64,000 nt of DNA from the human T2T-CHM13v2.0 reference genome, Homo sapiens: assembly GCF_009914755.1 (NCBI RefSeq), contig NC_060947.1. One strand, written 5' to 3'. This document shows positions 54,231-64,000 of this stretch, piece after piece. The notes under the pieces are model-generated. The model searched no databases. It was not told the DNA's origin and saw nothing but the letters and a program-made list of their open reading frames with translations. A program made the position numbers and the translations under genes. How positions within the stretch are numbered: the stretch's first letter is position 1; the number at the start of each line of letters is the position of its first letter.

Positions 54231-54775
54231 TGACACTATGCACTGCTAATTTTTGTATTTTTAGTAGAGACGGGGTTTCACCATGTTGACCAGGCTAGTC
54301 TCGAATTCCTGACCTCAGATGATCCACCCGCCTCAACCTCCCAAGGTGCTGGGGTTACAGGCATGAGGCACTGCGCGCCCAGCCGAACTTTCCTTTTTTT
54401 TCAGAAAGGAAATGCAATTCAGACACTGAATTGTTTAGTACACTGGGAATATTCCAGGCAACGTAAATTAAAGGGAAGCACTAAGAGTTAGGTAAGTTTT
54501 ACGGTCCTTTATATAGGGGATATCTTGCATTTTTAGCTTTTTACTAACTTTTTGCAATTAGTCTTTTAGAAAAGCTATTTTAGAGTCCTGTTGTCTACTC
54601 CAACCTTCTACATGCCAATAGGAATTCCATTTTCTCTGCCTTCAAGAGGCTGAGAATTCAAGTACACTTTCTTAGATTGCATTCCACATAATGGCCATCA
54701 TAATACTAGATTATCGATTATCTTTAGTAAAATTTTGTCACTTTTGTAAAAATTTGTTGCTTCTGGGGCCAGAAA

Positions 54776-56245
54776 TTTTTTATTTATTTTTTTTTATTGA
54801 TCATTCTTGGGTGTTTCTTGCAGAGGGGGATTTGGCAGGGTCATAGGACAATAGTGGAGGGAAGGTCAGCAGATAAACAAGTGAACAAAGGTCTCTGGTT
54901 TTCCTAGGCAGAGGACCCTGTGGCCTTCCGCAGTGTTTGTGTCCCTGGGTACTTGAGATTAGGGAGTGGTGATGACTCTTAACCAGCATGCTGCCTTCAA
55001 GCATCTGTTTAACAAAGCACATCTTGCACCGCCCTTAATCCATTTAACCCTGAGTTGACACAGCACATGTTTCAGAGAGCACAGGGTTGGGGGTAAGGTC
55101 ATAGATCAACAGGATCCCAAGGCAGAAGAATTTTTCTTAGTACAGAACAAAATGAAAAGTCTCCCATGTCTACTTCTTTCTACACAGACACAGCAACCAT
55201 GCGATTTCTCAATCTTTTCCCCACCTTTCCCCCTTTTCTATTCCACAAAACCGCCATTGTCGTCATGGCCCGTTCTCAATGAGCTGTTGGGTACACCTCC
55301 CAGACGGGGTGGTGGCCGGGCAGAGGGGCTCCTCACTTCCCAGTAGGGGTGGCCGGGCAGAGGTGCCCCTCACCTCCCGGATGGGGCGGCTGGCCGGGCG
55401 GGGGCTGACCCCCCCACCTCCCTCCCAGACGGGGCGGCTGGCCGGGCAGGGGGCTGACCCCCTACCTCCCTCCCGGATGGGGCGGCTGGCCGGGCGAGGG
55501 GCTGACCCCCCACCTCCCTCCTGGACGGGGTGGCTGCCGGGCAGAGACGCTCCTCACTTCCCAGACAGGGTGGCTGCCGGGCGGAGGGTCTCCTCACTTC
55601 TCAGACAGGGCAGCTGCCAGGCGGAGGGGCTCCTCACTTCTCAGACGGGGCGGCCGGGCAGAGATGCTCCTCACTTCCTATATGGGATGGCGGGCGGGCA
55701 GAGACGCTTCTCACTTTCCAGACTGGGCAGCCAGGCAGAGGGGCTCCTCACATCCCAGAGGATGGGTGGCCAGGCAGAGATGCTCCTCACTTCCCAGACG
55801 GGGTGGCGGCCGGGCAGAGGCTGCAATCTCGGCACTTTGGGAGGCCAAGGCAGGCGGCTGGGAGGTGGAGGTTGTAGCGAGCCGAGATCACGCCACTGCA
55901 CTCCAGCCTGGGCACCATTGAGCACTGAGTGAACGAGACTCCGTCTGCAATCCCGGCACCTCAGGAGGCCGAGGCTGGCGGATCACTCACGGTTAGGAGC
56001 TGGAGACCAGCCCGGCCAACACAGCGAAACCCCGTCTCCACCAAAAAAATATGAAAACCAGTTAGGCGTGGCGGCGCACACCTGCAATCGCAGGCACTTG
56101 GCAGGCTGAGGCAGGAGAATCAGGCAGGGAGTTTGCAGTGAGCCGAGATGGCAGCAGTACAGTCCAGCTTCGGCTCGGCATCAGAGGGAGACCGTGGAAA
56201 GGGAGGGAGAGGGAGACCGTGGGGAGAGGGAGAGGGAGAGGGAGA
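54776..56245 (-). mobile_element. SVA retrotransposon, full-length with short VNTR (probably older B/C-type)
   Basis: On + strand: polyT, SINE-R (54801-55290), GC-rich VNTR (~55290-55810), Alu-like region, (AGAGGG)n hexamer end. Confidence 0.93.
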
Positions 56246-56727
56246 ATTTTTTTTTTTTTAATATTGGCTCACTCTGTTGCCTAGACTGAAAGGCAGTGGT
56301 GCAATCATAGCTTACTGCAGCCTCGAATTCCTGTGCTCAAGGGATCCTCCAGCCTCAGCCTCCCTAGTAGCTAGGACTACAGGCATGTGCCACCAGGCTC
56401 ATCTAATTTTTTTATTTTTATTTTTTTGTCTTAGAGACAGCTGGTTTCAAACTCCTGACCCAAAACAATCCTCCCTCCTCAGCCTCACAAAGTGCTGAGA
56501 TTATAAGTCTGAACCACCAAGCCCTGCCTGGGGCTAGAAACCTTATGCATAACTAAGGCAGGTCTACTGAAATGTGACGTACTCAGATCTTTAGAAATTA
56601 GGGATCCCAGCCGGGCGCAGTGGCTCACGCCTGTAATTCCAGCACTTTGGGAGGCCGAGAGGGGCAGATCACGAGGTCAGGAAATCAAGACCATTCTGGC
56701 TAACATGGTGAAACTCCGTCTCTACTA

Positions 56728-57039
<312 letters not shown>

Positions 57040-57209
57040 TTACAGTTTCTGTCTGACCCAGTCAGACACCTGAGGCTTCCCTTACCTAAGTGCAGAAGAA
57101 AAAACCCACATACCCATGAATTCCAAAAACCGGAGATCACTCCCCTGCATTAATAACCACTCACTGCCACTACTGTCAGTTACCTTAAAACTGCAGCCCT
57201 TTATGCTAG

Positions 57210-58841
57210 TGTGTCCAGAATTGGTGGGTTCTTGGTCTCACTGACTTCAAGAATGAAGCCACGGACCCTCGTGGTGAGTGTTACAGCTCTTAAGGTGGCA
57301 CGTCTGGAGTTTGTTCCTTCTGATGTTCAGATGTGTTCAGAGTTTCTTCCTTCTGGTGGGTTCGTGGCCTCGCTGGCTCAGGAGTGAAGCTGCAGACCTT
57401 CGCGGTGAGTGTTACAGCTCTTAAGGCAGCGTGTCTGGAGTTCTTCCTTCCTCCTGGTGGGCTCGTGGTCTCGCTGGCTTCAGGAGTGAAGGTGCAGACC
57501 TTCGCAGTGAGTGTTACAGCTCATAAAAGCAGCATGGACCCAAAGAGTGAGCAGCAGCAAGATTTATTGCAAAGAGCGAAAGAACAAAGCTTCCACAGTG
57601 TGGAAGGGGACCTGAGCAGGTTGCCACTGCTGGCTCGGGCAGCCTGCTTTTATTCTCCTATGTGGCCCCACCCACATCCTGCTGATTGGTAGAGCCAAGT
57701 GGTCTGTTTTGACAGGGTGCTGATTGGTGCATTTACAATCCCTGAGCTAGACACAAAGGTTCTCCATGTCCCCACTAGATTAGCTAGATACAGAATGTTG
57801 ACACAAAGGTTCTCCAAGGCCCCACCAGAATAGCTAGATACAGAGTGTCGATTGGTGCATTCAGAAACCCTGAGGTAGACACAGGGTGCTGATTGGTGTA
57901 TTTACAAACCTTGAGCTAGATACAGAGTGCCGATTGGTGTATTTACAATCCCTGAGCTAGACACAGGGTGCTGATTGGTGTGTTTACAAACCTTGAGCTA
58001 GATACAGAGTGCGGATTGGTGTACTTACAAACCCTGAGCTAGACATAAAGGTTCTCCAAGGCCCCACCAGAGTAGCTAGATACAGAGCATCGATTGGTGC
58101 ATTCAGAAACCCTCAGCTAGATACTGAGTGCTGATTGGTGTATTTACAATCCCTGGGCTAGACATAAAGGTTCCCCACATCCCCACCAGACTCAGGAACC
58201 CAGCTGGCTTCACCCAGTGGATCCCACACTGGGGCTGCAGGTGGAGCTGCCTGCTAGTCCCGGTGCCATGCGCCCGCACTCCTCAGCCCTTGGGTGGTTG
58301 ATGGGACTGGGCACCATGGAGCAGGGGGTGGCGCTCGTCAGGGAGACTCGGGCCGCACAGGAGCCCATGGAGGGGGTGGGAGGCTCAGGCATGGCGGACT
58401 GCAGGTCCTGAGCCCTGCCCCACTGGAAGACAGCTAAGGCTTGGTGAGAAATTGAGCGCAGCGCCGGTGGGCTGGCACTGCTGGGCGACCCAGTATACCC
58501 TCTGCAGCCACTGGCCTGGGTGCTAAGCCCCTCATTGCCTGGGGCCGGCAAGGCCAGCTGGCTGCTCTGAGTGCGGGGCCTGCCAAGCCCACGCCCACCT
58601 GGAACTCCAGCTGGCCCGCAAGCGCCGCGTCCAGCCCCCGTTCCCACTTGCGCCTCTCCCTCCACACCTTCCTGCAAGCTGAGGGAGCCGGCTCTGGCCT
58701 TGGCCAGCCCAGAAAGGGGCTCCCACAGTGCAGCGGTGGGCTGAAGGGCTCCTCAAGTGCTGCCAAAGTGGGAGCCCAGGCAGAGGAGGCGCCGAGAGCA
58801 AGCGAGGGCTGTGAGGACTGCCAGCACGCTGTCACCTCTCA
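57210..58841 (-). mobile_element. Solo LTR12 (ERV9, LTR12C-like)
   Basis: TG...CA ends, 4-bp TSD CTAG (57206-57209, 58842-58845), ~41-bp tandem units with nine CCAAT boxes, AATAAA TATA-equivalent near 57650. Confidence 0.92.
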
Positions 58842-59168
58842 CTAGCTGCAAATGTGGTGAAACCCACATTTCTGTATAGCCATAATCTTAAGAAAACACA
58901 TGAGACGTATCCAAACAGAGCAAAAAAATGCAGCCCTTGCCAGTAACTTGTCAGCTACTGCAAACCCTGCCCTGCCACAGAACAAACTAACCCTTTTTAC
59001 TCCATAGTCAAATGCTTTCTCATAGCACAAGCCAACCTTGGTACACACAAAGCCAAAAATACCAGGGAACTCAAATGCCAAAGAGAGCTGAGCTCAGACC
59101 TGAAAGGGACTTACTCAAGACTTTCAGGGCTTCATGGGGAAGACTGTTCACTTCATGGTTGCCAGATA

Positions 59169-62182
<3,014 letters not shown>

Positions 62183-62229
62183 TCAAATATACTCTAATGC
62201 TTTAATTATCATTAGCCACCTAACTCCAC

Positions 62230-63395
62230 TATCGGGGGAACCAGCCCCCAATATTTCAATGTAGGTTCTTTCTATTTTCCCTAAGTGTTGGCCGGTCTGA
62301 GAAATAAAGAGAAAGAGTACCAAGAGAGGACTTTTACAGCTGGGCCTCCAGGGGTGACATCACATATCAGTAGGTCCATGATGTCCGCCTGAGCCGCAAA
62401 ACCAGCAGGTTTTTATTAAGGACTTTAAAAGGGGAGGGGGTGTACAAACAGGCAGTAGGTGACAAAGATCACATGCTTTAAAGGGCAATAAAGATCACAA
62501 GGCAAAGGGCAAAGCAAAGATCACAAGGCAAAGGGCAAAGCAAAGATCATAAGGCAAAGGGCAAAATTAGAATTACTGATGAGGGTCTATGTTCAGCTGT
62601 GCACAAATTTTCTTGATAAACATCTTAAACAACAGAAAACAGGGTTTGAGAGCAGAGAACCAGTCTGACCTCAAAATTACCAGGGTGGGATCTTTTCCCC
62701 ACCCTAATAAGCCTCAGGGTACTGCAGGAGACCAGGGCATATTTCAGTCCTCATCTCAACCGCATAAGACAGACAATCCCAGAGCGGCCGTTTATAGACC
62801 TCCCCCCAGGAATGCATTCCTTCCCCAGGGTATTAATTATTAATATTCCTTGCTGGGAAAATAATTCAGTGATATCTCTCCTACTTGCACATCCATTTAT
62901 AGGCTGTCTGCAAGAAGAAAAATATGGCTCTATTCTGCCCGACCCCGCAGGAAGTCAGACCTTTGGTTGTCTTCCCTTGTTCCCTAAAATCGCTGTTATT
63001 CTGTTCATTTTCAAGGTGCACTTATTTCATATTATTCAAACACCCATGTTTTACAATCAGATTTCATATTGTTCAAACACACATGTTCTACAATGAATTT
63101 GTACAATAGTGGTCCTGAAGTGACATACATTCTCAGCTTATGAAGATAATAGGATTAAGAGATTAAAGACAGGCATAAGAAATTATAAAAGTATTATTTG
63201 GGAACTGATAAATGTCCATGAAATCTTCACAATTTATGTTCAGAGACTGCGGTAAAGACAGGCATAAGAAATTATAAAAGTATTAATTTTGGGAACTGAT
63301 AAATGTCCATATTAAAATGAAATCTTCACAATTTATGTTCCTCTGCCATGGCTCCAGCCAGTCCCTCCGTTTGGGGTCCCTGACTTCCCACAACA
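62230..63395 (-). mobile_element. Solo MER11 LTR (HERV-K HML-8)
   Basis: Minus strand begins TGTTGTGGGAAGTCAGGGACCCC; 6-bp TSD (c/t)tccac; internal 25-bp tandem aagatcacaaggcaaagggcaaagc. Confidence 0.85.
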
Positions 63396-63420
63396 TTCCA
63401 CCAGCTTCACCATTTCCAAA

Positions 63421-64000
<580 letters not shown>

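Noticed and set aside
55279-55932. 217-aa and overlapping ORFs
   Set aside because: Chance frames in the GC-rich SVA VNTR and Alu-like region.
57680-58190. Regularly spaced ~41-bp repeats that look like a CRISPR array
   Set aside because: Degenerate tandem enhancer units of LTR12 with no unique spacers; eukaryotic DNA with no cas genes.

Overview
Human (hominoid) genomic DNA, recognisable as Xq22.1. It holds two minus-strand protein-coding genes. BEX1 has 3 exons, a 125-aa CDS at 13827-14204 and a CpG-island promoter. NXF3 has 19 coding exons that I traced from ATG 43950 to TAA 27217, giving 531 aa. A ~5.5 kb ZNF770 processed pseudogene lies antisense in NXF3 intron 1. The rest is transposon-derived: more than 30 Alus, old L1s, Tigger1, MER2 and MaLRs. 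Upstream of NXF3 (45-64 kb) is a dense nested ERV field with LTR12, LTR17, MER4, MER11 and MER50, plus a full-length SVA and a very young 5'-inverted L1HS-Ta. The most informative observation is that the lesions which remodelled NXF3 relative to NXF1/NXF2 can be read in the sequence. They are an open-frame LRR exon with a GT>AT donor, a 2-nt frameshift with a cryptic donor, a fossil TAP-C/UBA domain in the 3' UTR, and an Alu whose TSD duplicates the abandoned donor. I found no evidence for a wholly new biological system. Family and subfamily names come from recalled consensus sequences, not from a search.
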